IMG/VR virus record: IMGVR_UViG_3300033153_003717
Span: 1 to 51,392 of that record
Strand: one strand, 5' to 3'
DNA: 51,392 nt
From: a virus
Lineage: Duplodnaviria > Caudoviricetes
Positions 37,434 through 48,800 of the stretch are shown piece by piece (positions within the stretch are counted from its first letter, which is position 1; each line of letters begins with the position of its first letter). Below the pieces are notes generated by a model, which was not told the origin of the DNA, made no database searches, and saw only the letters and a list, made by a program, of their open reading frames with translations. A program made the position numbers and the translations under genes.

Positions 37434-39835
37434 TTCGTATGCTCCTTTACTAATGATTCGTAATTTTGTCGCATTTCATCATCACTTAATACCCTATCAT
37501 ATGTCATTATCGCACCAAATTCATTTTCAGTGAATTGACTTGCATAACTATACCAATCCCATTTACTAAATCTCATAGGGGTATTATTACTAATACTAAC
37601 ATTTGCATTATCTACACTCTGTGAAATTTGATAATTACCATTTAAATATAATTTCAAATCATTACCATCATAAGTGAATCCTATATTATGCCATGAACCT
37701 GTCGCTGCAACATCACTTCTTAAAGTATATGAAAAAGGAGCTATTTCATTTTCAAATGTTAAATCATTTTTATCAAGTATATTAGTTCTATAATTATCAG
37801 TTATATAAACCCATTTATCATCAACATGAAAATCATATGCTATTGACCTAAACGCATTAAATGTTTCTCGACCAGCAGTAAATGTTTTTGATTTTAATAA
37901 ATTAAAATTATGGTCATATATTCTAACAATTTCAGTTGAAGTTGTTGTATAAAATCTATTAGTTAAGTTATCATATCGTATTCTCATCATATTCCAAACA
38001 CTTGATAAACTTGTTTCAATATACTCTAAATCAGAATTAAATTTTTTAACATTGCCATCATCAGTATTACACACATAAATATAACTTGCGCTTACACATA
38101 ATCCGCGAGGATTATCTAATTGATAATCTCCAGCAGCCGATGAACCTGTCAGTTTAATTAAATTCAAATCATCAAGTTTTAATTTTTTAAATCTATGATT
38201 ATAATAATCAGTCGCATACAACCATCTATTTTCAAAATCAATTGCCACATCCATTACATAATTCCACCCTAAATCAGTGGTACTACTCAACCCATCATAA
38301 CTCGATGTTTCTACTGTGAGAGTGTGATCACTGTTAAATTTATGTTTCCATACAGCATCAAAATCTTGATCTGAAGACCACACAAATCCTGTTGGTTCAG
38401 TTTTAATTCCCTGATCCAATAACATACTTCCTATATCTCCATAACTATCAACCGACAAATCTTCTCCATATTTAGTAAAATTTCCATAATTATTTTCTTT
38501 ATATGATTTGAAATCATTCGCACGATCAGCCAAATATACAATACTACCACTCGCCCATACTGCTTTGAGACCATAATGATAACAACTACTCCTATAATTA
38601 GCAAAATCTATTTTTCCAATATATTCAAAGGTTTCTTTGTTAAATTTTTTCAATTCATATAATCCCACAGTATATAAATGAGTATCATCGACAGCCAAAT
38701 CATATGCTCGGACATAATAATCACTATCCGTATCACTTGAACCAGTTTTCATTACATATGATAAATCGCTTTTTCTATGTTTTTTAATTCTAAAATTACT
38801 AAAATCTCCTATATAAAGATAATCTCTATCACATGTCATTCCATATGGATTAATAAATTGATCGTCTCCAGTTCCAGATGTACCAAAAACATCTACTATT
38901 TCCATTGTGCTTTGTGTAAATTTTTGAATATTTTCATACGAATAATTTGCAACATAGCCAAATGAACCCGTTGATGGAGGTTTATCAATACATAATCCAT
39001 ATTGATAACCATTAGTATATGATGAAGTTACAAACGAACCATCAGAACGATTTTCTTTACATACCCAACCACGTAATCCATTATATAGTGGAGAATTACT
39101 ATGAAAAACAAATTCATGATTAAAATCAACTCCTCTCATCATCCGCCCATATGTCTCTGGATCACCATCTCCGTATGTTGGTTTATTTACTACATAATTT
39201 CCTATTAAAGTTTTCCATCCATTATTACTGTGATTGTGTTCAGTAATATAATCATAAGCATTTGAACCAATCATAAACGACGCACTATCTATTGCCATTC
39301 CAGCAACAGTATTTCGAATAATTGTACCCGGCGACATGTTCCATTTACTTTCATTAACAGTCATACTTTCTAAATCAAATTCAGTTAAAGCATGCATTAC
39401 ATTACTTGCACCAGAAGCTACCCAACCTCTACTTCCAGTAACCGCAACACCAACTAAAGTACCAAATGCATTCGGTGTTAAATATAATAAAAAATGATTT
39501 TGTCCAGTAAAAGCCAAATTAAATTGATTACCTTTTTCAAATATATATCCTTCATTCGACAATGGTTTAATCCACATATTAAAAGTATATGAACCAGTTC
39601 CAGGATTATATACACTACCACTTATTGATGTTAAATTTTGATCAGTTCCATTCGTTTTGAATGTAACTTTTTGTCGTCGTTTAATTAATTCAGAATTAGT
39701 TACTTCAAATTCTACATCTGAATTATTTAATGAATCAGTTAATAAACCATCACTGTAACCATTTATATTTAATCCATGTATAAAACTTGTTAAACCATTT
39801 CCGACTATCGGTTTTATTCCATAAAATGTGCTCAT
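37430..39835 (-). CDS. LamG-like protein with inserted NHL/beta-propeller repeats
   Basis: LamG-like termini (MWIKP; WHNIGFTYDG...YDRVLSDDEMRQNY) flank NHL-like units such as GTGDDQFINPYG...YIGDFSNFRIKK. Confidence 0.7.
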   Translation of the reverse strand: MSTFYGIKPIVGNGLTSFIHGLNINGYSDGLLTDSLNNSDVEFEVTNSELIKRRQKVTFKTNGTDQNLTSISGSVYNPGTGSYTFNMWIKPLSNEGYIFEKGNQFNLAFTGQNHFLLYLTPNAFGTLVGVAVTGSRGWVASGASNVMHALTEFDLESMTVNESKWNMSPGTIIRNTVAGMAIDSASFMIGSNAYDYITEHNHSNNGWKTLIGNYVVNKPTYGDGDPETYGRMMRGVDFNHEFVFHSNSPLYNGLRGWVCKENRSDGSFVTSSYTNGYQYGLCIDKPPSTGSFGYVANYSYENIQKFTQSTMEIVDVFGTSGTGDDQFINPYGMTCDRDYLYIGDFSNFRIKKHRKSDLSYVMKTGSSDTDSDYYVRAYDLAVDDTHLYTVGLYELKKFNKETFEYIGKIDFANYRSSCYHYGLKAVWASGSIVYLADRANDFKSYKENNYGNFTKYGEDLSVDSYGDIGSMLLDQGIKTEPTGFVWSSDQDFDAVWKHKFNSDHTLTVETSSYDGLSSTTDLGWNYVMDVAIDFENRWLYATDYYNHRFKKLKLDDLNLIKLTGSSAAGDYQLDNPRGLCVSASYIYVCNTDDGNVKKFNSDLEYIETSLSSVWNMMRIRYDNLTNRFYTTTSTEIVRIYDHNFNLLKSKTFTAGRETFNAFRSIAYDFHVDDKWVYITDNYRTNILDKNDLTFENEIAPFSYTLRSDVAATGSWHNIGFTYDGNDLKLYLNGNYQISQSVDNANVSISNNTPMRFSKWDWYSYASQFTENEFGAIMTYDRVLSDDEMRQNYESLVKEHTK

Positions 39836-42800
39836 TTAATCTACCTTTATCTTATCAATATCTTTTCGTTCACCGAATACAGTAAAATAAAATTCTGAAA
39901 CTTTACTGAACCATTCTTTTGTTTTTACTATTATTCGCTTATTTGTCGCTGAATCCACATACAATTTTTGATATTTTCCAATTGCTGTTAATTCAACTGT
40001 AATTGAATTTTCATCAACTAAATGTTGCCAATATGATGGCAATTCTATAATTTCACCTTTCATTTTACCTCTATAATAAACACCATATTCAGGCCCTTCA
40101 AGAGCACCGTATGTTAATCTTCCTTCACCACTTGGATGCGGAATATCAAATGATTTAGCAGATGCATATAATGTTCCGGCAATATGAACTGACCCAGTAA
40201 CATAAACGTCACTTTCTCTATTTATATCACTTCCATCACCCCAACTACCAGTCCAATACGCATTATCAGCACTTATTCCTGTTAGATTTGAACCGTCTCC
40301 GTAAAAGGCAGAAGCCGAAACATTTCCCCATACATGTAATTGTTCTGATGGAATGTGAGTTGATCCTAATCCTATATTATTTCCAGTTGTATTTAAAATC
40401 AATGGATTATTTGCTGATATATAGGCATATCCAGCAGCACTATTCCCAACAGCAATACTTCCATTAGCATTTGATACAACTAAATCATTTCCTGAATAAT
40501 TACCAGGATTAGAACCGATTTGTAAATGATTTCTTGGATTAGCAGTATCTATTCCTACCCATCCATTACTTCCGGTTATATAAAATTCATCTCCAATGTG
40601 AATAGCACTTGCTTGATCACCATCTATTTGCATATTAAATATTTTGGAACTCCAATACATTTGTAAACTTCTATCCGTAAAATAATTTATTTCTACTGGA
40701 TATGTTTGTGTTACATCTTCAAACGACGATGATTCAGTTGTATTATCAGCACGAATACCACCATTAACTTGTAAAGTGTATTGTGGATTAGTCGTACCAA
40801 TTCCTACGCGACCATCTGTTTGAATAACCATTACATCAGTACTATCTTGTTGAATACGAATTAATCTATTTATTGAATTCCAAATAAATGCAGAATCATG
40901 ATTACCAAATGTTCCCAGTGAATCTACATCAAATGCTTGACCAAATTGTAATCTTGCTCCACTCGCATCACCAAATATTCGTGTTTGAAATGTTTGTCCA
41001 GCCGTTATCCATGTACTCGAGGAAATTTCTCCTGCTACTTGCAATGGGTGAGTTGGTAAAGTCACTCCAATACCTACTAATCCATCACCTGTAATAGTCA
41101 TCATTGTAGCACTATTATTACTTCTAAAAATAATGTCGTCATTTGTCGACGGAACATTAATAAAAAGATCAGAATCACTATGTGCAGCTATTGAATAATT
41201 AGACGAATCAGGAACATCATTAAACCAAATACCGCCATAACCTGCGGATAATGGACTACTACCTAATGTAATTATGGTATCATTTTCTTGAATTTCCAAC
41301 ACACCTTGAGGAGCATCCGTACCAATACCAACTTTACTTCCAGTAACCACTAAAGTGTTTTCGGCATACTTACCCATTACTACTTTGTCGTCGTCGAATA
41401 CTTCTAAAATAGGTAATCCACTTATATCACTTACAGCAAATAATGAACCACTCAATTCATCAAATACTTGGAATAATGCACCATTTTGACCTTCAACTAA
41501 AAATGCTCTACTTCCTGTTTCATTTGAAAAAATGTGAAACTTCGCATCAATATCACTTCCACTTACTCCAATTCCTACTTCATCATTACCATCATTTAAC
41601 CATGCGTAACTTGCACTCGTTTGCCAAATTGATGCGGATACAGCAACATCTCCTAAATTATCAGCATTTATACCTGTTAAATTTGAACCATCACCATAAA
41701 AAGCTGATGCCGTTACATTACCTACAACATCGAGAGCCATTGATGCCGTATGTGTTCCAATTCCTACCCGACCTTCTCCACTAACAGCCCAAGCACTTAA
41801 AATGAAATCAGTATCTTCATATAATTCTAATGCTCTCGTGATTCCAGTCCCATTGCTATTTCTATCAGCATGAATTATAAAACCACCATCAACACTGATT
41901 ATACCATCATCTTTTGCGCCACTTGTTCTATCAATTGTATTAACAGTTTCAAATCTCATAGGAAAATCAGTACCAATTCCTACAGCTTGAATAAAAGAGC
42001 CGGATTCTTGAACAAATATACTACCTGTTACATGAACATCATCTCTAAATTGTGATATACCATTTACATCAAAAAGTTGTTCAGGATCATTAGTACCAAT
42101 ACCAACATTACCACCATTAAAAAATGTTTCACCGGATGCCCTTATTCTTACTCGTTCAGTTGTAATGTTATATAAACTCACAATACCATTACTTACACCA
42201 GCCGAACCATTCCACAATTTTACTGTTGGATTATCATTAAAACTAAGTTGAATACCCTCATCATAAATACCATTAGCTACATCTAATGTTCCACTGATTT
42301 CAACAGAACCTGTAAATTGATGAATATCATCTTTAGTATCACCAAATTTAGTTGAACCAGAAGCATAAACAATTGAACTGGATACATAACTTGTATGAAA
42401 TTCTTGTGCATACAATATACCATTAACAGTCATTGAACCAGTTATTAAGGCATCCCCAGCTACTTCTAATGTTGTAGATGGATTTGTCAAGCCAATCCCG
42501 ACATATCCGCCAAATGGATTAATTAACATAGCATACGCAGTTGATCCATCTGTACCTACAGATTGTAAATTCATACCGTTAGCACCACGCGATACCGTAA
42601 ATAATTCAGTTCCAGCAGTAGATGCCTGAATTTTTATTCCCGCACGATCTCGTGTATTAACTAAATTTATCGCATATGTACTCTCATTTCGTTGTAAATG
42701 TAATAATGCAGATGGATTAATTGTACCAATACCTACATTACTTATCCTGTGTATTTCGCCAGCACTTGCAGTCCAATAAGCATTATCAGCGGTTAAACCT

Positions 42801-45800
42801 GTAAGGTTTGAACCGTCACCGTAAAATGCAGAAGCAGATGCATTTCCCCAAACATGTAAATCAGATCTTGGATCGGCTGTCTGAATACCAACATTACCAT
42901 ATAAATCCATTGTCAGTGCATCAGTAAATGAAGATTGATAATCACCATATTCAGATGCACTAACATTTCTATCAACTTTAAAATGAAGTCCATTTGGATC
43001 TGCCAGCATTTTCCAAACATACCAAGCATAAGGATCTCCCGCACCAGTTGGTCGCCACATTTGAATAGTAGGATTACCAGAATTTCCTCCCCACACATCA
43101 TCAGAATCAATTATTACAGGAGAACCCCAAGTATTATCTGTATTAAATTGTATCTGTCCTATTGATGAAGAAAAATCAGTGTTGCCTCCGATATTTCCAG
43201 CCTTTATTCCACCATTTACATCCAATTTTGTATCAGGAACTGATACGCCTATTCCTACATTTCCAGTTGTAAGTAAAGAACCAGTAATTTTTGCGACGGT
43301 GACTGCTCCAGCATCAGAAAGTCTCATGTATTCATTTGATGCGCCACCACTATCATACACTCCAAAAACCATATCAGTCACATTATTTGCTATACCTATT
43401 GATTGGATATAATTACCATCAGCAGCAGCCCAACCAGCCATTTTTAATAAAGCATAATTTCCACTTATATTTCCCAATTGTGCAATTTCTAAACCAGGAG
43501 TTTCTAAACCGACATTTTTACCAGAATTAACTGATCCTGTTCTGACATACATCGCACCTTCATATACAGAAATTCCACCATTAACTACAGTTAATTTAGC
43601 AGATGGATTATTTGTACCAATACCTACATTACTCATCCTGTGTATTTCTCCAGCAGACTCTGTCCAGTAAGCATTATCAGCGGTTAAACCTGTAAGATTT
43701 GAACCATCACCATAATACGTTGATGCAGAAACATTACTCCAAACATGTAATTGTTCTTCTGGTGACATTGTACCAATTCCTACATAACCAGAACTACTTT
43801 CCATTATTATACGACTATCAATGAAACGAACATCTCCATCACTATAAAGAATCAATGGAAAAGAACCATCTAAAAAATTATAAAAATTAAAATTACTACT
43901 TTCCGCAGTTTGTCCTATATAAAATTCATCCGCACCAGTACTATCTAACCACCAAATTAAAGAATCTCCTGAACCACCAGGATTTTTTAAATATAAATTT
44001 GTATTTGTTGAACCACCAATACTAACACTTCCAGTCACATGAACATCATCTCTAAATTGTGATATACCATCAACATCCAATTCTTTTCCAGTGTCTGGTG
44101 TTACACCAATTCCTAATCGGTCACTTATTATAACAAAATCATTGTTATATGGAATTCTTATATAAGATGAACCAACATTTGATCTGAGTTGCATCCATGA
44201 ACCCTGAGCAGTTAAATATGTCCAGCCACCAGATGAACTAACAATTAATAAATCTATTTGTGCTTCTTCAGTAACATGTAACATTCTTGTTGGATTTGTT
44301 GTACCAATACCCACAAAATTTGTCGTGTCGCTGACATATACATCTCCACCATTTTGTTTCCAAAGAGAAGCCGAAGTAGCAACGTCTCCCAGATTATCAG
44401 CACTTATACCAGTAAGGTTTGAACCGTCTCCGTAAAATTCAGAAGCACTTACATTACTCCATACATGAAGATCTTCTTGTGGAACAGTCGTACCTATTCC
44501 TACATTTCCATCACTGTCTATTCTAAATCTTTCAGTCGCTGCTGTTGATAAGGCAACTTCATTTACAGCAGGACTAAACATACCAGTAGTTAATGAACCA
44601 CTAAATCTAAATGTTGGATAATCTTCATCATTATCACTTCCTATAAATGTGCCGCCACGATTGAACGATGATACATTTATAATATTATGAGCTACATTAT
44701 AATCAGTAGCTGCTATTACCACATTATTCGATCCAATAATAGGATTATACGACATAGATAATTCTGCATAATTGCCACCAGCAACACCTTGATTTTCGCG
44801 CGTTGAAATATATATATCACCAACATATACTGTTGGTTGTTGAATATAAAGATCGAGATATATATATTGAGCCTCTGTAGATAGTCGCATTTTAGTAATT
44901 GGAGCAGGATTATATCTCATATTTTTACGAATAATAATACCATTTCCAGTTGAATAACCACCAAATGTTAAATCAGCTTCAATCAAATTATGTGCATTAT
45001 TATCACGAGTACTTAAATAAACTGTACATATTCCACGTGCATTATTCCACGAAGAAATTCTATACCATCCTTCTCCTTGATATTCAGTACCAGATGCAAA
45101 GGTAGCAAAATTACTTTGTTCATAATCACCATATTGAAATGTTCCACTAACATGTAATTTAGCGTCGGGATTATTTGTACCGATTCCTATATCTCCAGTA
45201 TTTGTTATTCTCATTCGTTCAGTATCATTGGTCGCAAATATTAATGGATGTGAAGATAAAGTACCTACACCAAATAAAGTTGAATTGTTTGTAAATAAAA
45301 ATGTTGAATCAGCAGCAGGATTACTAAATACCGTATCACCTCTACCAGTATTATAATGTCTTAAATATGCCGCTGCGGCATCGCCAGTAAGTGAAATTTC
45401 TGGAGCACTCGTAGCTATTGTATTTCTAATATTTAATGAACTTCCATAATAAGTAGAAGCAGATACATTATTCCAAACATGAAGATTTTCTTCTGGTGTA
45501 ACAGTTCCAATTCCTACATTACCACCAGCTTGTATCCGCATATATTCTGTATCAGAATCTGAGCCTTGTGATGATGCTGCTTCAAATGCAATATCACCAT
45601 ATTCAGAAACTATATTCAATGTATTATTAGCATCTAAAAATTGAACTAATGCTCGTCTGGTTGTTGTTTGATAAAATGAAAAATACGGATTTCCACCAGT
45701 GGTATCAGCGGTTATACGAATTATTTCATTTGTACCATATACTTCTAATGATGTTCCCGGATTTGTCGTACCAATTCCTACATTATTCATGAAATAACTA

Positions 45801-48800
45801 TCTGAACCACTTTGTCGTATTGAACCAGTGAATTGATGTATGTCATCTCCACTGTCACCGAATTTTGTTGATCCCGACGCATAAACAATTGAACTGGAAA
45901 CATAAGATGTATGAAACTCTTGTGCAGTTAATATACCATTAACTGTAAGAGAACCAGTTATCAAAGCATCTCCAGCTACTTCCAATTTCACAGATGGATT
46001 GTCTGTACCAATTCCAACATATCCAGTATTATTAATTCTAACTCGTTCATTTGTACCACCAGTCATAAGTCTAATATCACCAGTGGCTGCTAATGCAGCA
46101 ATATTAATACCTCCTGCAGTTGTATCACCAAATAATGCTACTCTATCAGCAAATGATGTTACACTGTAAGAACTCGCATAAGCAGCCAATGTTAATTGAC
46201 TTGTAGCAGAAACAAGTTGTAACCCAGCCTGAGCAGCATTTCCTGTATTTGGATTTTCAACTGAAATTCTAACATATGTATTTATATCTTGATAAGCATG
46301 TAAAATATTATCTGGATTAGTCGTACCAATTCCTACATTACTTAATCTATGTATTTCTCCAGCACTTGCCGTCCAATAAGCATTATCAGCGGTTAAACCT
46401 GTAAGGTTTGAACCATCACCGTAATAAGCAGAAGCAGATACATTACTCCAAACATGTAATTGTTCTTCTGGATCAGTTGTACCAATTCCTACCTTATTAT
46501 TTTTTAATGTAATATACTGAACCCATTCATCTGTATCAAAGAAATGTAAACCATTACTTCCTTGAAACCCATATATCATAGCATTAGAACCAAGTGAAAA
46601 ATCATTATTAGAATCTAAAAAAATTTGTTCAAAGCCATCATTTAACCAATCAAATCGTAATTTTTTTCCAGCCGATATTGCCATATTATCTAAAAATCTG
46701 CTTGCACCAGATACATGAAGTTGAACAACAGGATTTGTTAATCCAATACCTACATAATTTGTCGTGTCGCTGACATAAATATCTCCACCATTTTTCTTCC
46801 AGATTGATGCAGATTCTTCAGTAGTTGTAACCCTTGTGCTAAATGAACCACTATCAGTCTCAAGCTTTGTAATATCCGTTTCATTCGTTGTAACTCGTGT
46901 ACTAAAACTACCTGAGTCAGTTTCTAAATTCGTAATATCTGTTTCGTTTGTCGTCACCCGTGTACTAAAACTACCTGAGTCAGTTTGTAAATTTGAAATA
47001 TCTGATTGATTTGTACTTATGTCACTTTCATCAGTCGTAATTCTCGTACTGAAAGATGCACTATAATCAAAAGCATTCTGTGCAAAGGATGCACTTTCTA
47101 TCGTGCCTATTACACTGTCAGCTATATCAGCTCTCACAGCATGAGAAGCAGATACAGCATAACTTGAACTTTCTTCAGCTTCCAAAGTTGTTACTCGTGT
47201 ACTAAAACTTCCACTATCAGTTTGTAAATCTGAAATGTCACTTTCATCAGTCGTCAATCTACCTTCAAAACTTGAACTATAATCAATAGCATTATCTGAT
47301 ATATCAGCTCTCACGGCATGACTTGATGAAACAACTCCTGTTACAAATTCCCCATCTCCATAAATTGATCCACTTACTGTTAATGAACCTGTAAATTGAT
47401 GAATATCATCTTCACTGTCACCGAATTTTGTAGATCCAGAACTATAAACTATTGAAGCCGAAACATATGATGTATGAAACTCTTGAGCTGTAAGAAGTCC
47501 ATTAACTGTAAGAGAACCAGTTATTAAAGCATCTCCAGCTACTTCCAATTTCACAGATGGATCCGTCGTACCAATTCCAATATTTCCATCAGGAACTAAC
47601 AATCCCATCATTCCTGTACCTGAATTATCAAGAACTAAATTATGGTTTGCTGTACTATTTGGGTCTATTATTAAACTTGGGCCTGTAGATGCTTCATAGT
47701 ATGCAGTAAATCTATATCGTGCTACACTGCCAACATTATCAATAATTGTAAACTGAGGAAATGTTCCATCTCCTTCTATTTGTAATTGTCCAAATGAGTT
47801 ATCTGTTGTTCCAATACTAACATTACTCAACCTGTGTATATTACCTCCAGATGCAGTCCAGTAAGCATTATCAGCGGTTAAACCTGTAAGATTTGAACCA
47901 TCACCGTAATAAGCAGAAGCAGAAACATTAGACCATACATGAAGATTTTCTTCTGGTGTAGTTGTACCGATTCCTACATTACCACTGGTTAATCTCATAC
48001 CCTCTGATGCACTCGAGTGAAAAGATATAAATCCATTAGTATTTCCACCGATATGTGTTTCAACACCTGTTGATAATGCTCTAAAATAGGAAGCATACAT
48101 TGAACCAGCACCACCACCAGCATACATAGTACCAGCAGCAAAATTATTATCTGTATTTAATTGATTTGACGCTCCTCTATATAAAGTAACATCTGTTCCA
48201 AATTGTATTCCACTTGCAACTCCTGATCCACTTAAATGTAATAGAGCTGAAGGATTAGTTGTGCCAATACCCACGTTACCACCAGCTATTATTGTAAATC
48301 GTTCACTGTCAGATCCATCAACTTCATAAATTGTGTAATTATTATGTCTATTATATCTCAGTCCTGCAAACCATTTATTTGTACCAATAGATTTATGCAT
48401 TATTCCAGAATTATAATTAGTAGCATCATTATCAATATATAAATGAGATGATTCATCACTATTAGATATACTAATATTTCCAGATACATGAAGTTTTTCA
48501 GAAGGATTAGTCGTGCCAATACCTACATTATCATCATCTATTGTTAAAACATTAGCATTTAACGCCGTTCCATCATCATTTAATCGTCTAATAAAAAATT
48601 TATCACCAGAACTTAACACATCATAAGTTCTATAATCAGATGTAGCACCTAATGCCTTTAATATAACATGTCCTTGACTGTTACCTTCTACCCATAATGC
48701 AGTATATGTTTCTCCAGATATTTTACTACTACCACTTACTTCTAATAAATAACCTGGATCAGTCGTGCCAATACCTACATTACTTAATCTGTGTATTTCT

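Noticed and set aside
28293-39835. Diversity-generating retroelement or shufflon
   Set aside because: I saw no reverse transcriptase, adenine-specific TR/VR pair or invertase in the window.
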